From: Candidatus Sericytochromatia bacterium
GTDB taxonomy: Bacteria; Cyanobacteriota; Sericytochromatia; S15B-MN24; UBA4093
Length of the DNA stretch: 64,000 bases
Direction: 5' to 3'
Assembly: GCA_036676985.1 (NCBI GenBank)
Contig: JAKFBU010000056.1
Location: 128,001-192,000 of the forward strand
The notes beneath the pieces were generated by a model that was not told the origin of the DNA, did not search any database, and saw only the letters and a list, made by a program, of their open reading frames with translations. Position numbers and translations under genes: made by a program. Of this stretch, positions 9,046 to 18,868 are shown in pieces; the first letter of the stretch is position 1; the number at the start of each line of letters is the position of its first letter.

Positions 9046-10359
9046 GTGTTCAAGCGTCGCCGCGAAGCATTCATGAAAGCCATGGGTCCAGGAGTTGCCG
9101 TCATTCCGAGCGCTCCATCGGCCCATCGCACCGCAGACCAAGACTTCGGCTACCGCCAGGATAGCGACTTCTACTATCTGACTGGCTTCAAGGAGCCCGA
9201 GTCCGTTCTGGTCCTCGCCCCGCAGCATCCCGAGCACCAGGTCATCCTGTTCGTGCGGCCGCGCGACAAGGAGCGCGAGATCTGGGACGGTCGCCGGGCG
9301 GGCACCGAGGGGGCCATGCGCGAGTACGGCGCGGACGCGGCCTATACCATCGACCAGCTCGAGACGGTCCTGCCCCAGTACCTCGACAACCAGTCGACGC
9401 TCTACTTCCGGATCGGCCGCGCGCCCCAGTGGGACGAGCGGATCCTGGGCCTCGTCCAGAGCTATCGCACCAAGGCCCGCAGCGGCGTCACGGGGCCCAC
9501 CACGATCGTGGACCCGGCCGCCCTCCTGCACGAGATGCGGCTCTTCAAGTCCCCGGAGGAAGCCGACCTCATGCGCCGTTCGGGCGCCATCGCGGCCGAG
9601 GCCCACGTGCGCGCCATGCAAGAGACGCGCCCCGGCATGATGGAGTACGAGGTCCAGGCCGAGCTGGAGTACGTCTTCAAGCGGCGCGGAGCCATGGGGC
9701 CCGCCTACGGCTCCATCGTGGGCGGCGGCGACAACGCCTGCATCCTCCACTACGGCGAGAACGACGCGCGCCTCGAGGACGGCGACCTCCTGCTCATCGA
9801 CGCGGGGGCCGAATACGAGTTCTACGCCTCCGACATCACGCGCACCTTCCCCGTGAACGGCCGCTTCAGCCCGGCCCAGCGGGCCGTCTACGAGGTCGTC
9901 CTGGAGGCCCAGCTCGAGGCCATCCGCCTGTGCCGGCCGGGCGTGAGCTTCATGGCCGTGCACGAGCGGGCCGTGGAGGTCCTCACGGCGGGCCTGGTGA
10001 AGATCGGCCTGCTCAAGGGCGACGTGGCGGAGCTCGTCAAGTCCGAGGCGTACAAGCCCTTCTACATGCACAAGACCGGCCACTGGCTCGGCATCGACGT
10101 GCACGACGTGGGCTCCTACAAGGTCGACGGCGAGTGGCGCACCTTCGAGCCCGGCATGGTGACGACCGTCGAGCCGGGGCTCTACATCGCCCGCGGCACC
10201 GAGGGGGTCGATCCCCGGTACTGGGGGATCGGCATCCGGATCGAGGACGACATCCTCATCACGGCGGACGGTTGCGAGGTCCTGACGGCGGGCGTGCCCA
10301 AGGCCGTCGACGAGATCGAGCGGCTCATGGCCGAGTCGGGCCTGGCCGCCGCGCGCTAG
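9046..10359 (+). CDS. pepP: Xaa-Pro aminopeptidase (aminopeptidase P)
   Basis: RQDSDFYYLTG, LIDAG, ASDITRT, GHWLGIDVHD, TVEPGLY, GIRIEDD. Confidence 0.95.
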   Translation: MFKRRREAFMKAMGPGVAVIPSAPSAHRTADQDFGYRQDSDFYYLTGFKEPESVLVLAPQHPEHQVILFVRPRDKEREIWDGRRAGTEGAMREYGADAAYTIDQLETVLPQYLDNQSTLYFRIGRAPQWDERILGLVQSYRTKARSGVTGPTTIVDPAALLHEMRLFKSPEEADLMRRSGAIAAEAHVRAMQETRPGMMEYEVQAELEYVFKRRGAMGPAYGSIVGGGDNACILHYGENDARLEDGDLLLIDAGAEYEFYASDITRTFPVNGRFSPAQRAVYEVVLEAQLEAIRLCRPGVSFMAVHERAVEVLTAGLVKIGLLKGDVAELVKSEAYKPFYMHKTGHWLGIDVHDVGSYKVDGEWRTFEPGMVTTVEPGLYIARGTEGVDPRYWGIGIRIEDDILITADGCEVLTAGVPKAVDEIERLMAESGLAAAR

Positions 10360-10361
10360 CC

Positions 10362-10958
10362 TTGTACGACCGGCTGATCCAGTACCGACCGCGCCCGGCC
10401 CACGCGCCGGGCTCCACCGCCTCGGCGGTGCTCGTGCCGATCCTCTCCGGCGACGGGGAGGATCGGCTGCTCTTCACCAAGCGCACGCAGACCCTCAACA
10501 GCCACAAGGGGCAGGTCTGCTTCCCGGGCGGCAAGCGATCGCCCGAAGACCCCGATCTGGTCGCCACCGCCCTGCGCGAGGCCGAAGAGGAGGTGGGCAT
10601 CCGGCCGGCGGACGTGGAGCTGTTGGGCGTGCTCGACGACGTGGCGACGCTCACGGGCTTCACCATCACGCCGGTGGTGGGCCGGATCCGGGCGCCCTAC
10701 CCGTTTCGGCCCAACCCGGCCGAGATCGACCGGCTCCTCGAGGTGCCGCTGGCGGAGCTGCTGGTGCCGGAGGCGATCGCCCTCGAGGAGCGCATCACGC
10801 CGGGCGGCCAGGTCCTCAACATCTACTCCTTTTGGGCCGAGGGCGACCTTGTCTGGGGAGCGACGGCTCGGATCACCAAGCGGTTCGTGGATCTGCTGAC
10901 GGACAGTGACACGCCGATGGCGCCCGAGCTTCCGGATCAAGGGTCGTTTGGGCGCTGA
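10362..10958 (+). CDS. CoA pyrophosphatase (Nudix, NudL-like)
   Basis: LFTKR...HKGQVCFPGG, TALREAEEEVG, VWGATA; TTG start is approximate. Confidence 0.88.
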   Translation: MYDRLIQYRPRPAHAPGSTASAVLVPILSGDGEDRLLFTKRTQTLNSHKGQVCFPGGKRSPEDPDLVATALREAEEEVGIRPADVELLGVLDDVATLTGFTITPVVGRIRAPYPFRPNPAEIDRLLEVPLAELLVPEAIALEERITPGGQVLNIYSFWAEGDLVWGATARITKRFVDLLTDSDTPMAPELPDQGSFGR

Positions 10959-11050
10959 CAAGGAGCTGGCGGCGGCTTTGGTCAACCTGCCGTGGGCGAT
11001 GGCCGCCCCGGCGGGCTAGGATGGCACCGGAGTCCGGTGGAGGAGGTGCC

Positions 11051-11290
11051 ATGAAGCCCGTCGAGGAGATGAGTCGCCAGGAAGCCATCCAGGAACTGGA
11101 TAAGCGAGCCAAGAACGCCTTCGGGCCCGACGTGCGGCTCAAGGCCGTCTTTTACCGCAACCTCAACTGGGAGGCCGAGCTCGAGGGAGCCGGCCTGCCG
11201 GAGGGGACGCACGGGTTCCTGTATGACGATCAGTCGGGGGACGTGCAGTTCGAGACCCGCCTCGAACCCGGCGTCCATCCCCACGAGTAG
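11051..11290 (+). CDS. hypothetical protein
   Basis: AGGAGG RBS before ATG 11051. Confidence 0.65.
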   Translation: MKPVEEMSRQEAIQELDKRAKNAFGPDVRLKAVFYRNLNWEAELEGAGLPEGTHGFLYDDQSGDVQFETRLEPGVHPHE

Positions 11291-11302
11291 GCGCTAGGCG
11301 CG

Positions 11303-12586
11303 CTAAGCGCTCAACATCACCTGGTTGCGACCCCGGTGCTTGGCCTCGTAAACCGCCCGATCGGCGCGGTCCAAGAGGGAGGCCGGGGTCATGTCTTCGG
11401 CCTGGAGCTGGGCCACGCCGATGGACACCGTCACGCTCACCATCCGCGGGCCGTTGGCCTCCTGGATCGACAGGTCCCTGACGACCTCGCGCAGGCGCTC
11501 GGCGAGGATGTAGGCCCCCTCGAGATCGGTCTGCGGCAGGAGCATGGCGAGCTCTTCGCCCCCGTAGCGCGCCACCGTGTCGCAGGAGCGTGCCGTCTCC
11601 TGCACGGTCTGGGCCACGACGCGCAGCACCTCGTCGCCCGTGAGGTGGCCGAAGGTGTCGTTGATCCGCTTGAAGTGGTCGATGTCGATGAAGAGCAGGC
11701 TGATGGGCTGCTCAAAGCGCCGGGCCTCGTAAAAGCGCTTGGCGAGCTGCTCCTGGAAGTGCATGTGGGTCGTGAGGCCCGTCAGGCCATCCGTGACGGC
11801 CTTCTTCTGCGCATCCACGTAGAGGCGGCTCACGGCCTCGAGCTTGGAGAGGTGCAGCGCCTGCTCGGCTCTGAGCTGGTGGGGGGCGAGGGCCGCGGAG
11901 ATGGCCGCCCCCAGGCGAGCGACCAGGTCCAGCTCGCGGGCGTCGTAGGGACGGCCGGTGCGGCGCTTGCCCATGGTGATGAGGCCCAACAGCTGGCCGT
12001 GCAGGGTGAGCGGAACGCAGACGTGCGCGCCCACTTGCAGCATGAGCTGGTCGAAGGCCTCAGGCGGCTTCGCTCCGGGGTCCTCGAGCACCCATGGACC
12101 CTCCGGACGGCCCTTGAGCAGCTGCCGCATGGAGAATTCGGGGATGACCATGCTCGCGGGCAAGCGTCCGTGGCCCGCGACCAGGTGCAGGCTCGGCTCG
12201 CCCGCGGGCGGCAGCCACAAGAAGAGGTGGTGCGGCTTGAAGGCCTTCTGGAGCGTGGCGACCGCGAGGTTCGCCACCGCCACGAGGTCCTTGCGGGTCC
12301 GGGCCGCCTCGGTGAAGTGGCGAACCAGCCGCGAGTCGGAGGCCAGCTCGGCCATGCCGAAGGCGCTCAGGCGGCGCAACGGGCCGAGTCCCAGGGCCAC
12401 GCCCGCTCCGGCCAGCAAGCAAGCCGACGAGGGCGACCAGCCGAGTCCTTCCGTCAAGCCGGCGGACACTCCAACGTAGGCGCCGAGCGTCGTTCCGACG
12501 GTCAGGGCGAACGCCCCCAAGCGGGAGGCGAGGGGGGCCTTGCGAGGCTTGGCGGCTTTCTTACGCTTGATCGGTTTCCGGGTCAT
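11303..12586 (-). CDS. membrane-anchored GAF + GGDEF diguanylate cyclase
   Basis: Two N-terminal hydrophobic helices, GAF-like VPLxxxGQLLG, DIDHFKRIND, RYGGEEL, RxxD I-site (RSCD). Confidence 0.9.
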   Translation of the reverse strand: MTRKPIKRKKAAKPRKAPLASRLGAFALTVGTTLGAYVGVSAGLTEGLGWSPSSACLLAGAGVALGLGPLRRLSAFGMAELASDSRLVRHFTEAARTRKDLVAVANLAVATLQKAFKPHHLFLWLPPAGEPSLHLVAGHGRLPASMVIPEFSMRQLLKGRPEGPWVLEDPGAKPPEAFDQLMLQVGAHVCVPLTLHGQLLGLITMGKRRTGRPYDARELDLVARLGAAISAALAPHQLRAEQALHLSKLEAVSRLYVDAQKKAVTDGLTGLTTHMHFQEQLAKRFYEARRFEQPISLLFIDIDHFKRINDTFGHLTGDEVLRVVAQTVQETARSCDTVARYGGEELAMLLPQTDLEGAYILAERLREVVRDLSIQEANGPRMVSVTVSIGVAQLQAEDMTPASLLDRADRAVYEAKHRGRNQVMLSA

Positions 12587-12629
12587 ACCCCCAGCATAAG
12601 CCGGTCATAACCCGATGCAAGTGCAGGCG

Positions 12630-12908
12630 TCACGTCACCCGCGGAGGGCGCCGCCGATCGTCCTCGGCCTGTTGCAGGAGCTCGGCGGCGAGCGTCGGAT
12701 CCACCTCGCGCAGCCGCGGGTTGTAGCGGGGACTGTCGGGGGGCACGTCCTGGAGGTCGTTCACGGGGAGCGCCCCCTCGAACTCCATCTGTCCCCGGAC
12801 CAGCTGGCTCAGGAACACCGACAGGCCGAAGGATGCGGCCACGAAGAGCACGACCAGGCCCAGGCTGAGCACGACCACGAGCCAGAGCGGCAAGGCGAAC
12901 TGAACCAT
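12630..12908 (-). CDS. small hypothetical membrane protein
   Basis: N-terminal TM helix, AAGGGGGG RBS. Confidence 0.65.
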   Translation of the reverse strand: MVQFALPLWLVVVLSLGLVVLFVAASFGLSVFLSQLVRGQMEFEGALPVNDLQDVPPDSPRYNPRLREVDPTLAAELLQQAEDDRRRPPRVT

Positions 12909-12971
12909 GGCACCCCCCTTTCACGACGAGCCTACTGCTCGCGGGGGGCGGCGACAAGCGTCAGCCGTGGC

Positions 12972-13154
12972 TTACGCGGTCTGACCCTCGGCAGCCAGGC
13001 AGCACTTCTTGTGCTTCTTGCCGCTGCCGCAGGGGCACGGATCGTTGCGGCCCACCTTGGTCGCGGCCACGAACGGGGTCTGGGGACCGTGGTGATGGTG
13101 ATCGTGGTCGTGGTTGCACCCGGCATGGTGCACGTGGGGCTGATGCTCGGACAT
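12972..13154 (-). CDS. His-rich SEC-C metal-binding motif protein
   Basis: [20 protein letters not shown] preceded by a His-rich N-terminus. Confidence 0.88.
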   Translation of the reverse strand: MSEHQPHVHHAGCNHDHDHHHHGPQTPFVAATKVGRNDPCPCGSGKKHKKCCLAAEGQTA

Positions 13155-13289
13155 GGTTCCTCCAAACGGCAGGGGACACGCCCATTATACGCGACGCCCT
13201 CCATTAACCAACTCATCGTGTGATCTTAAGCAAGTTTTTACCACCTCACGCCGACAAGTCCTTCGTAGGCCAACCTGCGAGGTGTCCCC

Positions 13290-14015
13290 ATGACCCGTCC
13301 CATCCTCCTGAGCCTCCTGGCGCTGTCGCTCGCGAGCGGCTGCGGCATGGAGGCACCGACCGAGCCCGAGGTACCGGACGAGAGGCCTGCCGTCCAGCCG
13401 ATCAACCAGCCGACGCAGAGCAACCCGCAGGTCTTGCAGGGCATCTACCAGGAGGTGCTCGCCACCTACCAGCACGCCCAGACGCTCACGGCGGACTACG
13501 AGAATCGCCAGTCCAAGGGCAGCGAGCGCTACACGGCCACCGTCAAGATGAAGTTCGCCAAGCCCCGCAAGGTGCGGCTCGACGTCAAGGCCTGCAGCGA
13601 CTCCCTGGTGTCGGGCGCGACCATCATGTGGCTCGGCGGCACCACCATCAAGGGCTTCAAGCCGGTGGGGCCCCTCACCATCAAGCAGGAGCACAAGCTC
13701 GCCGAGAAGCCGTGCCTCAGAGGCTGGCTCTTCAACCAGACCGACTACGACGCCATGGTCCAGGCCCTCCTGCAAGGCCTCCCGAACGCCAAGTACCTCG
13801 GCAACGCCACGGTGGGCGGGCAGTCCATGCTCATGGTCGAGTTCCCGTCGAAGCTGACGGGCGTCACCCTCGAGCGGATCGGCCTCGATCCCAACAAGCG
13901 CCTTCCTGTCTACCGGGAGCTGCGCGAAACGGCCCAGGGGGCGCCCGTCTTCACGACGCTCTACACGAACGTCGTCCCCAACGCCACCTTGCCCAAGGAC
14001 GCGTTCAACCCCTAG
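13290..14015 (+). CDS. lipoprotein, LolA-like/outer-membrane lipoprotein-sorting fold (tentative)
   Basis: Lipobox-like ASGC; 'TLTADY...FAKPRKVRLDV' resembles LolA-like families. Confidence 0.6.
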   Translation: MTRPILLSLLALSLASGCGMEAPTEPEVPDERPAVQPINQPTQSNPQVLQGIYQEVLATYQHAQTLTADYENRQSKGSERYTATVKMKFAKPRKVRLDVKACSDSLVSGATIMWLGGTTIKGFKPVGPLTIKQEHKLAEKPCLRGWLFNQTDYDAMVQALLQGLPNAKYLGNATVGGQSMLMVEFPSKLTGVTLERIGLDPNKRLPVYRELRETAQGAPVFTTLYTNVVPNATLPKDAFNP

Positions 14016-14036
14016 GTTCGGGGTATAATCGCGTCG

Positions 14037-15524
14037 ATGTCCGACGCACTCCCCTTCTGCCGCCGCCTTCCCCTCCGCCGCATGATCGCGGGCCTTTCGG
14101 CCGCCTTCATGCTCGCCGCGTGCGCCGAGCCGTTGCCGAACGCCGTCAACGGCCCCAAGGAGCCCGAGCGCGTCACCATCCGCAAGGCGCCCGACAAGAA
14201 GGGGCGGCTCGACCGCCTGCACGACCAGCTCGTGCTCTACACCGAAGGCACCGCCTACGATCAGGGCTTCCAGCACGGCTACCTGCTGCGCGACGAGATC
14301 CGCTCCTTCTACCGGGAGTACTACGAGAACAAGCTGATGCCCTCGGTCAAGCTCGTGCCGGGCTTCGCGTACTACTGGGCCGCGCGATCGCTCGAAAAGG
14401 AGCTCTCCGAGGACGAACGCTCCGAGCTCAAGGGGATCGCGGACGGCGCGAGCCTGCCCTTGGACCAGGTCCTGGTCATGCAGGCGAGCGCGCCCTGGGC
14501 CTCTACTGCCACCTGGATGGGCGATCGCCCCCTGCCCCGCCCCCTCTTCGGATCGGAGGCCTTCGTCGCGCGCGGCGGGGCCACCGTGGCGCGCGGGACC
14601 ATCGCGGCCTACAACCTGAGCGGCCTCGGCTTCGGCGTGCGCCACCACTTCGCCCTCCTGCGCGTCCATCGTCCCGCCAAGGGCCATGCCTTCGTGACGC
14701 CGGGCTTCGTGGGGCAGGTGCTCGACGCGTGGGGCGGCTGGAACGACCAGGGGCTCGCCATCGCGGCCAACGCCGGCCTCATGCGCTGGGAGAATCCCTC
14801 GGGACTGCCGGCCTCGGTGCTCACCCGCCGCATCATCCAGTCCTGCGCCTCGGTGGACGAGGCCGAAGCCCTCGTCCGCTCGGTGCGCCGGCGTTCGGGC
14901 CAGGGCCTGATCCTCACGCTCGCCACCCCCAAGGACGCGCGCGTGCTCGAGGTGGCACAGACGCTCTCGGAGGCATGGCAGGGCCACGATCGCCTGGTCT
15001 TGCGAGGGGCTGGTCCCGACGGCACGCTGCGGGCGGGCAACACCTACCAGGCGCGGGAGCTAGCGGGCCTCGCGGCCAAGGACCCGGCTGCCGTCGTGCG
15101 CGACGAGCGGATGCGCGACTTGTTGAATGGGGCGGTGGGCCGCCTGGACGTGACGCGGGCCATGGAGCTCTTGACGGATACTGTGGACCGCGCCACGGGC
15201 GCGGAGTCCGCCTCGGACCGGACGGTCTCCATCGGCAGCGCGCCGATCTTCTTCAAGCTGGGGCCCGTGCCCCTCTACGATCTGGGCCGGGTGACGACCA
15301 TGGTGAGCGCCGTGCGCGACCTGGATCAGGGCATGCTCTACCTGGCCCAGGGCCATGAGCGGATCGAGAGCCCCGCCCAGTTCGTGGGCTTCGACCTCAA
15401 GCAGCTCCTGGCGGGCACGGAGTCCGTGCCGGTGGTCCCGGTGCCGAGCGTCCCGCCGGCTACCGGCGGGACGCTCGTGACGATTCCTGGTTACTTAGAC
15501 AGGGTGTCCTTCAAGCCCTCGTAG
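14037..15524 (+). CDS. C45 family (Ntn-hydrolase) peptidase-like lipoprotein
   Basis: LAAC lipobox; GTAYDQGFQHGYLL, ELKGIADG, GWNDQGLAI. The true start may be the later ATG at 14082. Confidence 0.75.
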   Translation: MSDALPFCRRLPLRRMIAGLSAAFMLAACAEPLPNAVNGPKEPERVTIRKAPDKKGRLDRLHDQLVLYTEGTAYDQGFQHGYLLRDEIRSFYREYYENKLMPSVKLVPGFAYYWAARSLEKELSEDERSELKGIADGASLPLDQVLVMQASAPWASTATWMGDRPLPRPLFGSEAFVARGGATVARGTIAAYNLSGLGFGVRHHFALLRVHRPAKGHAFVTPGFVGQVLDAWGGWNDQGLAIAANAGLMRWENPSGLPASVLTRRIIQSCASVDEAEALVRSVRRRSGQGLILTLATPKDARVLEVAQTLSEAWQGHDRLVLRGAGPDGTLRAGNTYQARELAGLAAKDPAAVVRDERMRDLLNGAVGRLDVTRAMELLTDTVDRATGAESASDRTVSIGSAPIFFKLGPVPLYDLGRVTTMVSAVRDLDQGMLYLAQGHERIESPAQFVGFDLKQLLAGTESVPVVPVPSVPPATGGTLVTIPGYLDRVSFKPS

Positions 15525-15760
15525 GTCCCCGTTTCGGCCGTGGCGCCGAGGGCCTTGTAGAGATCCTGCTTGGAGACCTCTGCGCTGTAGCGCACCGTCT
15601 CCGTCACGGCCAGCGGCTGCACGCGATCGCCCGACAAGAGGGCCTGGGCGACGGCCTTGGGCTTGGCCGTGGCCTGCATGGCCGTCGTCGTACCGCCCTG
15701 GGCGCAGCCCGCCATCAGCATGCCCAGTCCGACCACCGAGATCCATCCACGCAGGTTCAT
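15491..15760 (-). CDS. small hypothetical lipoprotein
   Basis: AAGGAG RBS, MAGC lipobox. Confidence 0.65.
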   Translation of the reverse strand: MNLRGWISVVGLGMLMAGCAQGGTTTAMQATAKPKAVAQALLSGDRVQPLAVTETVRYSAEVSKQDLYKALGATAETGTYEGLKDTLSK

Positions 15761-15847
15761 TCATCGCTCCTTGTGTTGAGGCTCAATCCGACCGTCATGT
15801 ACCCGTCGGATCCGGCCCCCACGCGGGGCAATCGACCCAAATCGCGA

Positions 15848-16468
15848 CTAGTCGTCGGCCATGAACCGCTGCAGGTCGGCCTTGCTCCGGTTCAGGCGCA
15901 CCTGCTCGCCGATCTCCGCGACCCACGCGATGGGCAGCGTCACGTCCCGATGGAAGAAGAACCCGCGCCGCACCACCAGGGAGGCCGCCCGGCCGGTCGC
16001 CTCGTCCACGCAGACGTCCTCGACATGGCCCACCTTGCCGTCGGTCGCGAAGACCTCGGTGCCCGACTTCAGGGATAGCTCGCCCGGCGGCACGTTCTCC
16101 TCGACGAAGCTGGTGGGCTCGGGGACCTCGGCGGGCAGGTACCACCCCACGAGCGTGGAGGGCCACAGGACGCCCGTCGGCGTGAGCGTCTTGAGCGAGC
16201 CCATGGACTCGGGCGGCTCGTTGGTGAAGTGCTGCTTGAGGAAATCCGGCAAGGCGTCGAAGGCCGTCTGATCCAGGCGCAGATCCAGGCGCTCGCGGGT
16301 CGCCTCCGTCACCGCCTGGATCGGCACGACCTTGGAGGTCGCAAAGAGGCGGCCATGCCGGACCACCAGGTGCGTCACGCGCTCCTCGCTCGGATGCATG
16401 ACGATGGCCTCGACGCTTCCCAGGCGGCCGCCCGGACCGAAGACGGGCGTCCCGAGTTCGATGTTCAT
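15848..16468 (-). CDS. PRC-barrel domain protein (two barrels)
   Basis: GTxVFxxxGxxGxVE...LVVRxG motif occurs twice. Confidence 0.85.
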   Translation of the reverse strand: MNIELGTPVFGPGGRLGSVEAIVMHPSEERVTHLVVRHGRLFATSKVVPIQAVTEATRERLDLRLDQTAFDALPDFLKQHFTNEPPESMGSLKTLTPTGVLWPSTLVGWYLPAEVPEPTSFVEENVPPGELSLKSGTEVFATDGKVGHVEDVCVDEATGRAASLVVRRGFFFHRDVTLPIAWVAEIGEQVRLNRSKADLQRFMADD

Positions 16469-16480
16469 GGGCTGCCCCCT

Positions 16481-17413
16481 CTAGCGCAGCGCGTACTTGC
16501 GCAGCGCCGTATCCCCGCAGTTGGCGGTGTAGACGCTTCCTTGGCTGTCGAAGATGACGCTCGATGCCTTGTCCAGCCCGGAGGCGACGGGATGGACCCG
16601 ACCGCCCATGTCCACGAGCACCAGGGTCCCGTCCCGGCTGTTCTCGCCGCCGTAGGTCACGACCGCCACGAAGTTCGGCGACCACGCGATGCCGCAGGCG
16701 GAGGAGAGGCCCGTGGCGATGGTCGTCTGCTCGCCCGAGGCCGAGACCCGGGCCACCGAGCCGCCCCAGGTCGTGATCCAGAGCTGGTCCGAGGGGTCGA
16801 CGGCGATCGCGTTGACGCCCGGGATGCTCGCGAAGGTCGAGACGCTGCCGTCCGGGCGCACGATGGCGATCCGGTTGTTGGTGTAGTCGGCGAGGTACAT
16901 GGTGCCCTTGCTGTCGATGGCAGGCCACACCGGGTTGCGCAGGCCCTGGGTGGCGAAGGGCGTCTTGGATCCGCCGCCGGGCGGGATGCGCGAGAGCACG
17001 TGGCTCTCGTACTCGGCGCAGTAGAGGTTGCCCGCGCGGTCGAAGACAAGCCCCGCCGGGCCGCTGAAGCCGCCCGCGTAGATGGACGTCTCGCCCGACT
17101 GCGTCACGCGCGACACGGTCCCCCGGTAGTAGTCGGACTCGTAGAGCGTGTCGTTGGCGTCGATGGCAAGGCCGTTGGGCCCGCTCATTCCGCTGCCGAG
17201 AAAGCTCTGGTTCCGGGCGTAGGCCGCGGCCGCCTCGGCGGCCGAAGCCCCGATGGACGGAAAGCGCAGCGCGTCCGCAGCAGGCGGCGCCTGCGGCTGG
17301 GGCGCTGCGGGCGCGACCGGCGCCTGGAGGGGCGCGGTCGAGCGGGGGGGCGCTCCGCATCCCACCGCCAACAGGGTGCTCGCGAGGGCCCACAGGCCCC
17401 AGGCTGCGCGCAT
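16481..17413 (-). CDS. NHL/SMP-30-like beta-propeller lipoprotein
   Basis: AVGC lipobox; repeats GPNGLAID, GPAGLVFDRAGNLY, AIDSKGTMY. Confidence 0.82.
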   Translation of the reverse strand: MRAAWGLWALASTLLAVGCGAPPRSTAPLQAPVAPAAPQPQAPPAADALRFPSIGASAAEAAAAYARNQSFLGSGMSGPNGLAIDANDTLYESDYYRGTVSRVTQSGETSIYAGGFSGPAGLVFDRAGNLYCAEYESHVLSRIPPGGGSKTPFATQGLRNPVWPAIDSKGTMYLADYTNNRIAIVRPDGSVSTFASIPGVNAIAVDPSDQLWITTWGGSVARVSASGEQTTIATGLSSACGIAWSPNFVAVVTYGGENSRDGTLVLVDMGGRVHPVASGLDKASSVIFDSQGSVYTANCGDTALRKYALR

Positions 17414-17533
17414 AAGACCCCCTCTTGCTCGCTAAATGGGCTCCCGGTCCCGAGTGTCGTCGAGTTGAGGGGCGGCGTCCACGTCATGCTCGCCAAAGCG
17501 TCCCGTGAAACCTCGCGCTTGGCCGAAAAATAG

Positions 17534-17558
17534 ACCGGCCCCGCTCTCGCGGGGCCGG
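17534..17558 (-). terminator. terminator hairpin downstream of the VWD gene
   Basis: CCGGCCCCGC-TCTC-GCGGGGCCGG with an adjacent T-run on the minus strand. Confidence 0.6.
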
Positions 17559-17566
17559 CTGAGGCG

Positions 17567-18622
17567 TTACTTGACGCGCCATTCCTTGATGAAGTCTTCC
17601 GGCGTCTTCCAGAGGTCGCCGATGGCGCCCTTGTAGACCGAGCCGTCCCGCATCCGCGCGTCGTTCTTGGCGTTGTCGTCCGCGTCCAGCGTCCCCAACA
17701 CACCGGCCACGGTGTTTGCGGGGCGCTTCTCGGAGAGGACGACCTCCGCGTTGAGGTAATGCGTCTTCTGGTCGTTCCAGGCGCGGTGCACCGTGACCTT
17801 GTCGCCGTCGGGCGAGGTGATGTTCACCTTGTTCGTCTTCGGGTCGTAGCTGATCTTGGTGCCGTCCTCGAGCGTCTTGTTGAAGGCCGTGTACTTGAGC
17901 TCGACCTCCTTGCCGTTGATCTTCATGGTCGCCGGGCTCTTGCCGCCCTTGGCGTCGAACTCGATCGTCGACTTGCCGACCTCGAACTTCATGCCCGTGT
18001 TGTAGTGGCGATGGCCGGGCGTCTCGCTGACCGTCTGCTCCATGTTGAACTTCGGACCCGACGTCGCCTTGAGCGAGGTGTAGGTGCCCGGCGTGTTCAA
18101 GCTGTACTGCAGGCCGTCGCCCGTCTTGACGATGGGGTCGCCCTGGGTCTTGAAGGTCCGGCCCGAGGCGGGCACGGGCTTCTCTTCCTTCTTGGGCTCG
18201 GTCTTGGGAGTCTCCTTCGGCTTTTCGGTCTTGGGAGTCTCCTGCTTGGGCTCGGGCTTGGGTTCGGGCTTCGGCTCGGTCTTGGGCTTGTCCGCCTTGG
18301 GCTCCGGCTTGGGCGCGCTCGGCGCCTCGACGTCGTCGCCCTCCTTGGTGATGACCTTGACGATGTCCAAGAGGTCGCCGAGGAAGTCGCCGAGCCCCGC
18401 CTGGGGCAGAGGCTTGACGTCGGGGGGACCGCCGGCCTGGATGACCTGGATCTCCGAAGGGGTGCCCTTGGCCGTCTCGATCTGCTGGATGTCCTGAGGC
18501 GGCGTGGTCGTGGGCGTGATGTCCTGGGCCTGCACCACCTCGGGCTGCTGGACCGGGGGAGGCAGCGGATTGTACTGGACCTTCGAAACACTCTGCGACT
18601 GGAAAACTTCCATTCCACCCAT
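17567..18622 (-). CDS. VWD (von Willebrand factor D)-like domain protein with a Pro/Lys/Glu-rich linker
   Basis: GDPIVKTGDG resembles GDPHxxTFDG and VAGVLGTLD...ND resembles GLCGNFDG..ND; KPEPKPEPK repeats; GAGGAGG RBS. Confidence 0.7.
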   Translation of the reverse strand: MGGMEVFQSQSVSKVQYNPLPPPVQQPEVVQAQDITPTTTPPQDIQQIETAKGTPSEIQVIQAGGPPDVKPLPQAGLGDFLGDLLDIVKVITKEGDDVEAPSAPKPEPKADKPKTEPKPEPKPEPKQETPKTEKPKETPKTEPKKEEKPVPASGRTFKTQGDPIVKTGDGLQYSLNTPGTYTSLKATSGPKFNMEQTVSETPGHRHYNTGMKFEVGKSTIEFDAKGGKSPATMKINGKEVELKYTAFNKTLEDGTKISYDPKTNKVNITSPDGDKVTVHRAWNDQKTHYLNAEVVLSEKRPANTVAGVLGTLDADDNAKNDARMRDGSVYKGAIGDLWKTPEDFIKEWRVK

Positions 18623-18868
18623 TGCATGCCTCCTCATACCAGCGAATTTTGCTGCATTGCTTATGCCTCAGAACCTGTTAAGGGTTGTCGATCAGTGTCA
18701 AATCCCCATTAAGTCTTCCGTCGAACTCCGTTAAACCTGCGCGCGGGGGCTCGGGACCGGGCCGCTACGGGCGGTGGGTGGTCCGCAGGGGGCGACAAGC
18801 GGTATAATCCAGATCTTTGGCGTGCCGACGCGCCCCCACCCCGGATTTCCTGCCGAGACGAGGTCCGC

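Noticed and set aside
18190-18320. Short tandem DNA repeats (possible CRISPR or VNTR)
   Set aside because: They encode the KPEPK/ETPKTE protein linker; there is no repeat-spacer structure and no cas gene.
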